A stretch of DNA of 64,000 nt from Hyaloraphidium curvatum SAG 235-1. Taxonomy: Eukaryota > Fungi > Monoblepharomycota. This document shows positions 45,812 to 58,170 of the stretch, piece after piece. Made by a program: the position numbers and the translations under genes. Numbering within the stretch: position 1 is the stretch's first letter; each line of letters opens with the position of its first letter. The notes below the pieces were generated by a model. It worked only from the letters and a program-made list of their open reading frames with translations, made no database searches and was not told the DNA's origin. The stretch covers positions 620,001 through 684,000 of the forward strand of contig JAIVFI010000022.1 of NCBI GenBank assembly GCA_025558095.1, read 5' to 3'.

Positions 45812-47083
45812 CTACGCAGCAGCAACCCGCAGCCGCCTCGCCCGCGCGAACCACCGCCCCGGGTCAAACCTCCTCGCCCGCCGCGGCTTGTCCGCCGCCT
45901 GAAGTTCCACCACCGACTCCGAGATCGGCACCTTGCCCGACGCCGGGCCGGCCTCCCATTCCCCGACAGTCCCGTCGCTCTCGTCGCCCGAGTCCGCGGC
46001 ATCCAGCGACGCCAGGTACCCCGGCAGCGCCAGCGCCAGCTCCGTCCTCGCCGCCTCCGCCGCCCTGCGCGGATCGAACGCCGAGGAGGGCAGCTTGGGC
46101 AGCTTCCCCACACTGCGCACCGGCGCCCTTTCCGGCGCGACGTCCGCGAGCCAGGGGTGCTCCAGCAGCGAACTCGCGGAGATTTTCCCCTCGTTCCGCG
46201 CATCCAGCACCAGCGCGAGGAACGCATTGGCTCCGTCCGAGGCACCGTCCACGGGCTGCGGCGGGCCGCGTGCGACCTCGGCCTGCAAGTCCAAGGGTTC
46301 CTCGTGCCGGAACGGGAAGAAACCCGTGAGCAATCCGTGCGCGAGCACCCCTGCCGCCCAGAGATCCTGGTGCCCCCTGCGCGCGGGATACGGGGATCCC
46401 CTGCAGACGAGCCGGAGCAGGCCGGGGGAGGCGTAGTGGATGCACCCCACGGGCTCGTCGAGCAGGGTGAGGGAATCGAAGAAGGTCGCGAGGCCGAAGT
46501 CGATCAGGCTCAGGGTGTGGGTGGAGGGGTCGTACAGGACGTTGTCCATCTTGACGTCCCTGTGCAGCACCCCGTGCGCGTGCGCGTGGCGGAGGGCCTC
46601 GAGCAGTTCGGCGACAATGACCCGGGCTTCGGCCTCGGGAAGCTTGCCTCCGGGATGGCTGTTGACGTACGCAAACAGCTCCTCCCCCGGCGCGCGGCCA
46701 AAGATGGCATGCACCGCATCGCTCGTCTTCGCGACGTCCAGCAGTGGCGGCACGCTCCGATGCGGCGGCAGATGCGCGAGCACCCTCGCCTCGCGCAGGG
46801 CAAAGAACAGGTTCCTCGGGGAGCCCGACGGGGTGGTCTTGGCCACCGCGACACCGCGAGGGCCGCGGGCGAGGCGGACGGAGGAGAAGGCGCCCGAGCC
46901 CAGGAAGCGGCCGGTCTGCCACTCTCCCGTCAGTCCGTGGATAGTGGGGCCGTTGCACTCGTCGGGGCAGACGGGGGAGGGGGTCGACGGCCGCGCCGCT
47001 TGGACACGGTCGTCGCAGAGGGTGCAGCTCGACTCGCGGTCGGTTGCTATCGGGGTCTCCATGGCTTCGGTTTCGGGTGTCAT
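45812..47083 (-). CDS. Ser/Thr protein kinase (CAMK-like), apparently intronless
   Basis: LGSGAFSSV, AVAK, REARVL, GEELF, HRDVKMDN, DFGLA, YASPG in place of APE, DLWAAG, LLEHPWL. Confidence 0.85.
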   Translation of the reverse strand: MTPETEAMETPIATDRESSCTLCDDRVQAARPSTPSPVCPDECNGPTIHGLTGEWQTGRFLGSGAFSSVRLARGPRGVAVAKTTPSGSPRNLFFALREARVLAHLPPHRSVPPLLDVAKTSDAVHAIFGRAPGEELFAYVNSHPGGKLPEAEARVIVAELLEALRHAHAHGVLHRDVKMDNVLYDPSTHTLSLIDFGLATFFDSLTLLDEPVGCIHYASPGLLRLVCRGSPYPARRGHQDLWAAGVLAHGLLTGFFPFRHEEPLDLQAEVARGPPQPVDGASDGANAFLALVLDARNEGKISASSLLEHPWLADVAPERAPVRSVGKLPKLPSSAFDPRRAAEAARTELALALPGYLASLDAADSGDESDGTVGEWEAGPASGKVPISESVVELQAADKPRRARRFDPGRWFARARRLRVAAA

Positions 47084-48960
47084 GTCGATGTTTCGATGAG
47101 GTGCAGCCGTCGTCGTCCGCGGAGATAGATCCGCGCGGATGAATGGGCGATTGGCGGAAGCGCCGCCCCCGCCGGCCGGCCCCCAGCTCGGATAATCGTT
47201 CCCCGCCCAGACATGCAGCGACGCGGTCGGGACCAAACACCGCCGGCAGGCTCACTATGATCAGCCAATCCCATCCTGCAGTGTCGTTCTTCGTGCGTGC
47301 ACGCTGCATGCACCCGGAGGTTCCTCCGCGGAGCTCGGCATGGATCCGGGCGGAACCGTGATTTCCCGTGGCGGAGATCAACCGTCCGCGCCGATTGCGC
47401 CCTCGTTCCGCCGAGAAAGGACATTACCGCTCAATGACGTGGAGGTTAATCCGGGTCAACAGGGGCGTCTGGGTGTTGAGGCCGGACGGGGGCGCCGGGA
47501 CTGGAGTTGCGCCGCGCCGCATCTTGCGTGTTCCCAATCCCGGCGTCCCACCATCTGGTATCTGCAAGAGATACACAGCTCGGAAATAGAGATAGTCTCG
47601 AAGTCGGGCATCTTCCACGGATGTATGCTCATCTGTCTCGCACGGTAAGGAAACAACGGCTCGCCGTTGCTCTCCTGCTGCTCCCGATCCACGGCGGGGT
47701 ACCGGACGCCGCGGAGTAGTCGCGGCGACGCTCGAGACCGTGTGCCCCGGTTAGGAACGTTAGGTGAGGGAGCCTGGAGTCGAGCAAGGTCCCGATCCCG
47801 GCATTGGCTGTGGGGTCCGCGAAGGGCACGGTCGGGCAGGAGGGCGGACCCGGGCACGAGGCTCGATCGGGCGAGGAGGCAGGGGGTCCTGTCCGCTGCC
47901 GGTGCGTCCTTTTCACTTGGAAACGCAAGTGCCTTTTGCCCTCGGGGATTGGCGAAACGCCGCTGGGATCTAGGGATTTCCCGCACCGTCGTGGAGGGAG
48001 CCTTCGCGGTTCTGAACGTGCGCGAGCTGCACCTCGCAGGCGTACATGGTGGACGTCAGCGCCATGCGCCCCCTCGCGGTGATCTGCGTCGCGCTTCGGG
48101 GGGCGTGAACGTTGCGCGATGCATCACGGACCTTAACCAGGAGGACGGACGTGGACACCATCACCAGGTTGATCGTGGGCCTCGTGGCCGGTGTGCCCGC
48201 GTCGCTCATTGGTCATCAGATCTCTATCACAGGCGCTGAGTCAGCGCCGCCCACACTGATCAGATCAACCTCGCTCTCCCACAAACTGCATAGATAAGTG
48301 TCATCTATAACCCCCGCATCGTTTAGAACGGTTCCTACGCTACGCACCGCTGCGCTGGACCAACCACATCTCGCGCAGCTCGGTCACCAGGTCCTGAACC
48401 CGGATTAGCAGCTCGTCCTCGCTCCGTGCCGGCCCCCTCGGACCCGATCCATCAGGCAGCGGAACGGCTGCAGCTCGTCCTTTGTCATCCGCAGTCGCCT
48501 GTCTGCGCGGGATCGTGCACGATCGGCGCATGCGCCCGGCGGCGGCTGAATCGGGGTCAATCCCCTTTCCATTCCTGGGCCCCCTTGGGGCCAGGGCCGA
48601 TCCGTCTGCTCAAGGGAAACACAGCGCCGATAGAAATGCCCCGCCGATCGAACCGCCGATGCGATGTCTGCCCTTGTTCCAGAACAGCTGGGTGAGGGGC
48701 GGTCGGGGGTAGTCATTCATGCTAGACTCGCCCCGTCCAGCACGCACATGCGACCTTCTCGTCGCCAAGTTCGATCCCAGATTATTGTGCCGTAGTGGGA
48801 CTTTGCGATGCACGTTGACCGACTTCTGGCCCACATTTGGATTGCACCGGGTTCCGGCCCGCGCTCGGCGGGATCGGCGCGTGCGGCGCCCGGCCGCTGA
48901 CGAGTCCAGACCGAGTCCCTGGTCCGCCACCCCGCGCCCACGCCCGAACCACCCGCGGCA

Positions 48961-51326
48961 ATGGCGGCGTGGGAGGCGGCGCTCTCAGGGGAGGACGGCG
49001 AGGACGGCTACGACTGGCAGGCGCTGGTCGTGCGTGCGGTGGCGGGGCACGGGGCGGCGGCGGTGGCGGCGGCGTTGGCGGCGCCGGCCGACGGGACGCC
49101 CTCGGCGCGGGCGGGCTCCGATGGCCCGGGCGGGGGCTCCGATGGCCTCGGCGGCGGTCTCAGCGGGGACGGCGTGCGGTGGGCGCTGTCGCCGCTGGCG
49201 CTGGAGCGGGCGGCCCTGTCGCAGAAGGAGGGCGGCGACGCCGACGACGACGGCTCGGAGACCTCGGCCGGCGACCTGGCGACCGGCGGATCCGAGGCGA
49301 ACCTGACGCTGGTCTCGGCACACTCGGGCCACTCGGCGCACTCGGGCGACTCGGCGCACTCGGCGCCGCCCGCCCCCGGCTACGGCAGGCGGCCGACCCC
49401 GCACGCCCTGCACGCCGCCACGGCCCTCCCGAACATCAAGGGCGGCTCGGACTCGCTGCTCGAGTTCCTGGTCAGGAGCTCGTCGGGCGTGCCCCCTGCC
49501 GCCCGGGCGGCCGCCGCCCACCTCGCCCTGCAGACCGCCGTGCGCCGCTCCCGCCCCCTCGAACCGCGCAGCCTGATCCCCCCGCCGGACCTGGGCCCCG
49601 GCGCGCCCCCCATCTCCGAGCTGCTGGACATGGCCGTCGAGGCGCAGTGGGCCCTCGCCCACCCCGTCTACCCGATCCTGCACCGCCCCTCGTTCGAGCG
49701 CGCCATGCGCGGGCTGCCCTCGTGCTACCCGCGCCGCCCGCTCGCCCTCCTGTACGCCGTCGCGGCCATCGGCGCCCGCGGGCTGCCGGTCCCGGAGCCG
49801 CAGCGCAACATCTTTGCCCGGTGGTGCTGCGACCGCGCCCGCGAGACGCTGCTGGACCGCGACCCCGGGGACCTGGAGGCCGCGCAGGCGCTGCTGGGCC
49901 TGGCCAACGTGCTCATCGTCGCCGGCGTGCCGCAGCGGCTGTACCCGCTGATCGTGCGGCTGGTGCGGTCCAGCGAGCACCTGGCGAGGACGGTGGAGCC
50001 CGGGTTCCCGTCGACGCCGGACGCGTGGATCAGGAGGGAGCTCGTCCTCCGCCTGCGCATCTTCGTCTCGTGCGTCGACCTCGCCGTCGCCAAGCACTCG
50101 GGGCGCCCGGTGATGGGCTCGTACTTCCACCAGCACGCGTGGCCCGCGCCGGCGTCGGAGCACTTTTTCGACGACCCGGACACCGAAGGGGCGCACGCGC
50201 TGCTTTCCGAGCTCGTGGCAAAGCGGGGCGAGCCCACGGTGCAGTTTGGACGCAGGGGGTGGGCGGCGGCCTCGGCGGCCGTGCGCGCGCTGGCCGGCTC
50301 CCCGTTTGGCGGCGGCGCCTCGGTCCTGTGCCTGATGCACCTGGCCAACTACGTCCGCTTCCTGCACATCTCCGCCTCCCCCCCTCCCCCTCCCCCTCCC
50401 GGTGGCCCCCCTCCCGCCGGCCCACCTCCCCCGGGCGCACCCCCCGCCCGTCCCGACCCCGCGAAAGCCCGCAACCTCGCCGCCTTCGTCTCCACCCTCT
50501 CCGACCTCGTCCTCACCTCGCTGCCACCCGACATCGGCGGCCCCCTCTCCCGCGGCGACGCCGCGCCGCTCTTCTCCCTCGGCGCCCGCTACTTCCCGCA
50601 CCCCGCGCACCCCTTCACCGCAGCGCAGTCCCTGCTGTTCGCCGAGGCCCACGCGGCCGAGGGCTTCATGCACGCGGGGTTCCCGTCGTCGGCGCTGGCG
50701 CGCTGCGGCCGCATCGCCGGGATCCTCTCGGCGTGCCTCTCCCGCGACCCCGAGATGCGCTGGGCGCACCACGTCGTCCTGCCGCCGCTGTACACCGTGG
50801 GGAGGATCACCCTGGGCGCGCTGGCGGGAATGCGCACGAGCCCGGCGTTCGAGGGGGACAGGGAGCGCGGGGAGAGGGAAGGGCGGATCGCGGAGGCGGA
50901 GGGGTGGGTGAGGCTCGTCGGGGTGTGCCTGGGAAGGATGGGGAGGATATACGGGCTGCTGCGTGGGTTCTCCCGCCTGCTTCCACGCGGGTGGCGCACT
51001 GACCTGCAGGGTTCCCAGCGAGGAAGCTCGCGCAGCTGTTTGCAAAGGACATGCGCGACGCCGGCGTGCAGCCCGACCCGCAACCTGCCGCACGCCACGC
51101 GGCGACGGAGGACGACGGCGAGACGGTGGAGATACCGGACGAACCCGAGCACGCCGAGGAGGACAGGGGCGAGGCGAAGTTCTTCATGGACGTGGCGCTG
51201 TCCTCGGCCGGCGGCGCGCTGCCGGGGTTGCGGAGGACCGGGACGGGGTCGGATGTGGGGAGCGTGGGGTCGGATGCGGTCGGTGGGGATGGGAGGGAGG
51301 GGAGGAGGGCGAGGGGGAGGGGGTGA
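48961..51326 (+). CDS. Fungal-specific transcription factor middle-domain protein, paralog 1
   Basis: HPVYPILHRPSF, LLYAVAAIGAR, WIRRELVLRLRIF...D. One intron near 50963-51018 gives YGLL-PRKLAQLF. Confidence 0.72.
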
Positions 51327-51496
51327 GGTTGCGGGCGGAGCGGGAGGCGCCGGGAAGGCCGTGGACCTATGTCTGGACAAAGGAATTGAGGCGCCTTCCC
51401 AAATCGAGATTATGCATCCCTCGTGATACAATGCGGATCGACGTGCGAATTAAATACGGGGACGCGCTGCAACTCGGGCGTCCGACCAACCCGTGT

Positions 51497-52020
51497 TCAC
51501 TCGTCCCCCTCACCCCCCTCGTCCCCCTCCCCCTCGTAGACATCCCCGTGCTCCTCCAGCTCCACCAGCGTCCCCCCGAACTTGAACCCCAGCACCCTCA
51601 CCCCGCCCTCCCCCTCGAACAGCCAGTTTGCCTCGAGCGTGCCGACGGCGCCGTCGTCCCCGCGCGCGGGGATGTCCACCCTTATCTCCTCGTGCTGCAC
51701 GCCGGCGTCGCCCTTGTCGTCCTTGACCGCGATGCGGGCCCAGGCTTCGAGCTGCGGATCGGGTTGCGCGCGTCAGGACGCGTCCCGCTCGCGCGCGGGA
51801 ACGGGGGACCCACCGGGCCGCCCTTGTTCCTGTTGAACCCCTTGAGCGACACGTTGCCCGCGGCGTCGATCGCCAGCTCGACATCGAAATTGTGCCCCGG
51901 TACGGTGCGCTTCCACTTGTCCGCGCCGGAGACGGCGACCACCGTCGGCGGGTCCGAGTCCAGGGGCGCGTCGACCGCGGCGAGGTATTCGAGCGCTTTG
52001 GCGGGGAGGGTGGCGGACAT
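51497..52020 (-). CDS. Small hypothetical acidic protein (one intron)
   Basis: MSATLPAKALEYL...KGFNRNKGGP spliced to LEAWARIAVKDD...GEGDE; coding-like composition. Confidence 0.5.
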
Positions 52021-52322
52021 GGTTCCAAGGCGGTGGGAGCGGCGGAGGTGGGGGGAGACGCGTCGAAAGCGGCGAGGGGGAAGGGACTTGCCGATCGGCG
52101 GTCCGAACGGGGGTCCGGCCGGATCCCGCACCTCGTACCTGAACGAAGCACACCCGTTCGCCGTTCCCAAGCTCCCTCTCTATGCGATCGCTACATGCGC
52201 CAACGAAGTATCAATGCAATCTACGACAAAGCTAACCATCTACGTCGCCCGCGACAGAGGTAAAGAATGCAGCGTGTCCTACCAAGCAAGAGCAAACGAC
52301 CCGCGATCGGCATCGCCAGCGG

Positions 52323-53204
52323 TTACTTTCTCCCCGCCGGTGCCTGCAGACCGCCGCACCCCGGCGCGTCGTGAACCAGCAAGGGGCGGGGGAACTGCAC
52401 GAACCCCGAGACGGGCACCGACGACGGCGCCGACGCGCTGCGCTGCCCCATCGGCGCGGGAACCGCGAAGAACGCGGGCAGGGGGGCGGTGGCGGGCGCC
52501 GAGGCGGGGGCGGGAGGGCGGGGGAGGGTGACGGCGATCGGCGGGGCGGGGACCGGGGCGCGGGGCGCGGGGGAGCGCGAGCGCGAGCCGGAGGTGCGCT
52601 TGCCGCCCTGCTGCATCGCCGGGGCGGCGGTGCCGAAGCGGGCCTCGAGGGCGGCGAGGCGCCCGGCGAGGTGGTCGACCCTGCTTGCGAGGATGTCGTC
52701 GTCGCGCACGCCGGTGGCGTACACGGTGGCGAGGTCGGCGCGCAGGGAGGAGAGCTGGCTGCGGAGGTCGGCCAGGTCGGAGGAGGGCGGCTGGGGGCGC
52801 TCGGCGAGGAGAGGGGCGAGGGAGCCGGCGAGGTCCGGGAGGAGGCGGGCGAGCTCGGCGGCGACGGCGGTGCGGATGGCGGCGTCGAAGTCGGCCGAAG
52901 AGGCGGTGGGCAGCTGGGCTGGTTGTCCGGCGCCGGGCAGACCGGGGGGGTGCGGCTGCGCGGGGTCGGAAGCCCTCCGCTGCAGGCTGGGCGCCGAGCT
53001 CGTGCGCTGCCTCGCCCAGCCCTCGCCAGCCTTGTCCCCGTCCGAGCCGGTGCGGTACATTCGGGGCTGGCTCGACAGTGCGACGAGCACGGCGGAGGCG
53101 TCGGCGTGGGCGTCGTCGTCCGAGGGCGCGTCTTCGTCGGGGCGCAGCAGGCCCTCGGCCGCCAGCGCGGCCGCGAGCCGCTCGTGCACGTCGCGCAGCG
53201 GCAT
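52323..53204 (-). CDS. Hypothetical protein with coiled coil and Pro-rich tail
   Basis: 293-aa ORF with DLADLRSQLSSLRADL...VDHLAGRLAALEARF heptads. Confidence 0.5.
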   Translation of the reverse strand: MPLRDVHERLAAALAAEGLLRPDEDAPSDDDAHADASAVLVALSSQPRMYRTGSDGDKAGEGWARQRTSSAPSLQRRASDPAQPHPPGLPGAGQPAQLPTASSADFDAAIRTAVAAELARLLPDLAGSLAPLLAERPQPPSSDLADLRSQLSSLRADLATVYATGVRDDDILASRVDHLAGRLAALEARFGTAAPAMQQGGKRTSGSRSRSPAPRAPVPAPPIAVTLPRPPAPASAPATAPLPAFFAVPAPMGQRSASAPSSVPVSGFVQFPRPLLVHDAPGCGGLQAPAGRK

Positions 53205-54153
53205 GGCGCTCCTGTTCCGACAAGGGGGCGCTCAGAGGTGGTGCGACGGTTGCGTGGGGACGCGTCCCCACCAAGCGCGCTGCGACCGGCCCCGGAGGGC
53301 CGAGCTCGACCGCGGCCTCTTCCTGCCCTCTCGCGCGGCACCGGGTTCGCCGCCTTCGCCGCAGAGCATGGAACGACGCGGGGAGCTTGCGTGCCCCGCC
53401 CCGCGATTTTGCGGTGCCCGCCGTCGACTCGATGGGCTTTCGACTCACCGATCCGCGGAGCCAGTGACGTGGCCCCCGCTCGCCTGGGGATCGGCCGAGC
53501 GGAACGGCACGGGCATGCACAGGGAAGGTCGGGCAGCCATCCCAATCTCTGTAGCACAGTTGGAATTCAGGCACAGGGGTCCATGTCGCCGGCGATGCGA
53601 GGCGGAGCCACCGTGGACTCGATGGGGCCGACTCGACGCATGTCGCCACACTAACCCCCATCACCTCCTTCGGCCGCGCTTTTCCGGCTCGGGGAAGCGT
53701 TGTCGCGCAGAGGACTTTCGCGGGCGCGGCCGGGCAAGGGGCGGGTCACTCGGAGGATGGGGGTGGGCGCCGGCGATGCGACTCCGGGCGCGGTGCGGCC
53801 ACGCTTACCAAGCTCCTGCGGAGCCCGCCCGCAGCCCCAGGCCACCCCATCGCGCCGCAAAGTGGCGATCAATATAAGCAGATCGGACACGTTGCGGTGC
53901 CAATGTCGCGCGCCTGCGTTTCCATCGCTGCCCGATCGCGCGTCCCGGCGCGAGCCGGAACCGGCGCCGCATCTCCGTCGTCCGAAGGCCCCTCATCTTC
54001 CTCCAGCATCCACCCATCCGGTCCATCCCATCACGCCCCGTAAGCATCCGCGAACGCCCTCCTCGCCTCCTCCAGGAACTCGGCCTCGTCCCCTGGCCAC
54101 ACCGCCGTCTTGCTCCGCTCCGATCTCCCTTTCCTGCCCTCCGATCGCATCAG

Positions 54154-57100
54154 TCACCCATCTTTCGCGGAGACGAAAGGGACGTACCGCCGGTTGAATT
54201 CCGTCGCGAGGTGCAGCACCGCCCTGTACCGTTCCCCCGCGACGCCCAGGTCGAGTTCGGCCACCAGCGCGTCCCTCCGCTCCCCGGGGGGAAGCCGGGC
54301 GAGCAGATCCTCGCGGAACAGGCGGACCGCGGGGATGCCCCTCGGGGAGAGGGAGGCGGTGGGCGAGGGGGTGCGATCGGGTGCGGCGGGGACGAGCCGG
54401 GGCGGGACGGCGGAGAGCGACGCGGAGGCGTCAAGGAGGGTGGCGGTGGAGTCCCGGGGCTGCAGGTGCGCGGGAGTTTCGGGCTGCGGCGTCGAGGGCT
54501 GCCCGAGAAGCGAGAGTCCCGCCCCGCGCAGGCCAAGTCCGGTTCCAGCGGGGACGCCCCCGCCGCGTGGCTTCTTCGCAGGCGGCTCGGCGTCGCTGAC
54601 GCTGTCGACCTCGACCACCTCGCGCTTCACCCCCCTTTTGAGGGGGGCGGTTGGTTTGGGGGGAGGGCGGGAGGCGGCAAGGCGGGAGGCCAGGGTGGTG
54701 CCGAGCTCGGCTTCCTCGTCCGAGTCGAGGATGAGGATGGCGTCCTCGGAGGCGGGCTCCGCGGGCAACATCTCGATCTGCTCTGTGGGTGCCACGGGCT
54801 GCGCAGTGGGCGGTTCGTGAGAGATTCGTGCCAGGGCGGGCCCGACCTGGGCCGGCGCGACGGGCTCGATGTTGGCGGGCGCATGGTCGATCGGCGCCGG
54901 CGCGGCCTCCGCCGTCGCCTCCTTCGCTCCCGGCTCCAGCTCCTGCAAACGGGACTGGGATTCCTCCGCAGCAACGGTCGGCTCCACAGAGGGCCCCGGA
55001 GTGCCCCACGGATCCGGAGGACCGCCGAGCAGCGCGTCGATCTCCCGCTCCGTGTCTCGCGCGTCCCTCTTCACCGGTGCCTCCTGGGATCCCGAGGCCG
55101 CCGGCGGCGCCTTACCCTCCCCGTAGGGTGTGCCTGCGGAGCCGCGTGCGGTCACCGGGGCGACGGATGCGGCGCGCTTCCCACCGCCATCTGATGCGTC
55201 CTCTTCGTCCAACGGCATCACGACGACGAAATCCCCTTCGCCCAAAACCGACGCGCGCACGAGTGCCTCCGTGTCCCTCCCAGGCGATGTACCGCGTTCT
55301 TCCGTAGCTGCGCCGACCGCACGTTCACCCTCGGGCGGGAATGCGCCTCGCGTTCCCGCGGGACGACCGCCGAGCAGCGCGTCGCTCTCCCGCACGGGGT
55401 CCTTGGCCCTTCCCTCCGAAACCTTCCCCGCGTCCCCGGTCGGAGCGTCCGCGCCGCCGAGCTCCAGGATCTCCGCTTCCACCGCCGCCAAGACGTCCTC
55501 GATCGCCGCGTCGTCCCAGTCCCCCGGCACCGCGGCCATGGACTCCGGCGCGGAAGATGCTGGGGAGCTGGTTCCGGGTGCGGGGCGGATGAAGGCGTGC
55601 AGCGGGGCGATCGGCGCGGGCGGAGGGGAGGGCAGCCGAGGCGGGGCGATCGCCGGCGCAGAGAGGGGGGCTTGGTCTCGGCGCAGGAAGCGCTCGGGAA
55701 GCGGCACAGGGTTCCTGGACAGCGGTCGCGTGGTGCGCGGGAGCGGAGCCGGCAAGCCGAACGGCCACGGCGGGAGGGGCTGCGGAGGCGCCGTCATCGG
55801 GCCGGCGCCACCCGCGCGCAGCGGCAGACGGGGCTGCTGCACTGGGATGCCGGCGGAAGCTTCCGACGGATGCCGCGCGGCGGGAGGGTGGGGCGGGGGG
55901 ATGAAGAAGTTGAGCGGCAGCTGCGGGGCGGCTGGATGAGGCGCCTGCGGTGATTGGACGCCCTGCACGCGAGGGCGCACGGGGCGAATCAATCCCGCGA
56001 CCTCCTCGGGGGGGATCGATCCCGACCGCGACGCCAGCCTGCCGAACGGCGAATCGGGCGGCGCGGTCTCCACCTCGCGCAGCACGCGGCGGATCTGCTC
56101 GGTGATCTGCTCCCCGGTGAGCGGCTGGCGTGCATGGGGGACGGGGGACGGCATCGGCAGCACCGGCGGCATCTGGTGCGCCGGCTGGAGCCCCGAGGAG
56201 ATTGTTGCCGAAGGGTGTCCGACGGGGTGCTGAGGAGACTCGCCGCTGCCGATCGGCCTCGCGCAGCACCCGGCGGAGTTGCTCCGCGATCTGCGCCTGC
56301 GACGGCTCAGGCGGGCGTCGGAAGCCCGTCGCCGGGATCGGGAGCTGCTGAACGCGGGGAGGGGGGGGGAGAAGGGGCGATCGGTGGTCCGGAGAGGTTG
56401 CGAAGGGGTTGATCGGTATCTGTTGAACAGGGGGAGGGGGAAGGGGGAGCGGCTCGCGCTGGGCACGGGGAGGCGGCGGAAGGACGGATTCGCGGTCGGC
56501 AGGAGGAGGGGGTGAGAGTAGGAGCTCGCGCTGAGATGGGGAAAGAGGCGGGAGGAGCGGCGATCGGAGGTCCGCGGGCGGTACGCGGGGTGCGATCCGC
56601 GGCTCCCGCAGCTCTGGCGCAACGTTGCGCGGCGCCCGGGCTTTACCCGGTGTGAAGAAGTCCGTCCCGCCGTAAATCTGGATCCGATTCCCGGAACTCT
56701 CCGTCCCCGCCCTCGCGATCTCCTCCATCCTTGCCATCCTCTGCCGCCACGCTTGTTCGTTCGCCCCCTCTTCCTCACGTGCCGCCTCGCCCGTCGGGAA
56801 GAAAGCTGGTGGCGAACCGCCGAACCGGAGGAGGAGCGAGTCGGCCACGTCGACGAGGGGCGTGGGGCGGGGGAAGGCGAGGGCGGCGCAGAGGCTTTCC
56901 AGGAACCGGAGGTCAGCGGAATGAAGCAAGGGGGGCGGAGGGATCGGAGTACCCTTCAAGGAGCTCGTGGGCGTACATGCGGGAGAGGGGGGCGTAGACG
57001 AAGGCTGAGCCGGCGGCGGGCTTGACCATCGCGAGGTAGCTGTGGGTCGAGGACTCTTGCTCTACGGTGCAGTTGATAGCACCGACAGCGACCGGCAACC

Positions 57101-57576
57101 CACCTCCACACCATCCTCAACCCGTGTTCCGTCAGCTCCTCCAACCCACACCTGCTCCGCAGCGCGTGCGGCGGCACCCTCGCCGTCTTTGCCAGGCAGG
57201 CGGCGTCGAACGGCGTGAGCGGGATCTTGGCGGGGGCGGGGGATTCCCGGCGCGGTGTGGGTTCGGTAGGGGCGGTGGAGGAGGCGCGGGAGGGCGGAGC
57301 GGGCTGAAGGGCGGCCGGGGGAGGGGAGTCGGGCGGGGAGGCGCCCGCACGCGTGGCGGTCCCGTCGTCCGCACCGGCCTCAACCGGCCGCGGTAACACC
57401 CTCCTCCGGCGCACATGCGGTCGACCGGCAGTCTGAGGAGGTCGCTGGACCTCTGCCGGCGCGCCGGAGGCCGGCGGTGGAGCGGGAGCCGGAGCGGCCG
57501 GGGAAGGCTGCCCCGCGCCCCCGCCGCCAAAGAGCGACTGCAGGAACGCGAGGTCGTCGTCGAGCATTCCCTCCAT
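54154..57576 (-). CDS. Large Pro/Ala-rich hypothetical protein; exon structure uncertain
   Basis: Coding-like blocks in several minus-strand frames (MEGMLDDDLAFLQSLF; LRFLESLCAAL; long ORF ending at 54154) and an internal repeat QIAEQLRRVLREA / QITEQIRRVLREV. Confidence 0.4.
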
Positions 57577-58170
57577 TCCGGGACCTCCGCGGTGCGCGCC
57601 CGGCTCGGGGCGAGCAACCTGGACCGCGGGTTTTGCGGGTCGTCGTTCTTGTGCGACGGATGCGGGCTGCCCGGCGGACCGAAACACCAGGGGTGTCTTT
57701 CACGACAGCTCAATCCGGTCGACCCAAAGGGAATCGCCAGATCCGATTATGATTTATGCTGAAAAGCAGCGGATGCACTGGGAGGCTTTCACGGGGTTTC
57801 CCGCCCCGGATGCCCTGCGTCCACGTCCACCTTTCGGGCAACACTTGGAAGGCATCTCGCCGGGCACCCATCCAGATCCCGCGCCATCACTGCAGCTCTG
57901 ACCACTCCGGTCTCGTAGTCGCGAACCTTGCCACTCGGGTGGTTCCGGCGGCGGCCCCGCGTTTGCCGCCCGGCCGCAACCGGCCACGGTGAATCGGACC
58001 CTTCGACGGCAGAAAACGGCCGTCCACAGGAGGGCCGCGCCCGGCCGAATCCCACCCGCCGGCGATGTTGCGAAGGCCTTGAATCTCCCGACCGTTTCCC
58101 GCCCCCCGCTGGGTGCGCGAGGGCGACGCTGGGTCGGTGCGGCTCCGTGCGGCGCAACCCCCCGCGGGCG

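Noticed and set aside
47400-48800. Lower-GC stretch with short ORFs, possible transposon or gene relic
   Set aside because: No transposase or reverse transcriptase motifs, terminal repeats or coherent reading frame recognised.
49315-49365. 9-bp repeat encoding SAHSGHSAHSGDSAHSA
   Set aside because: Short coding microsatellite in a disordered region; insufficient evidence for a metal-binding role.
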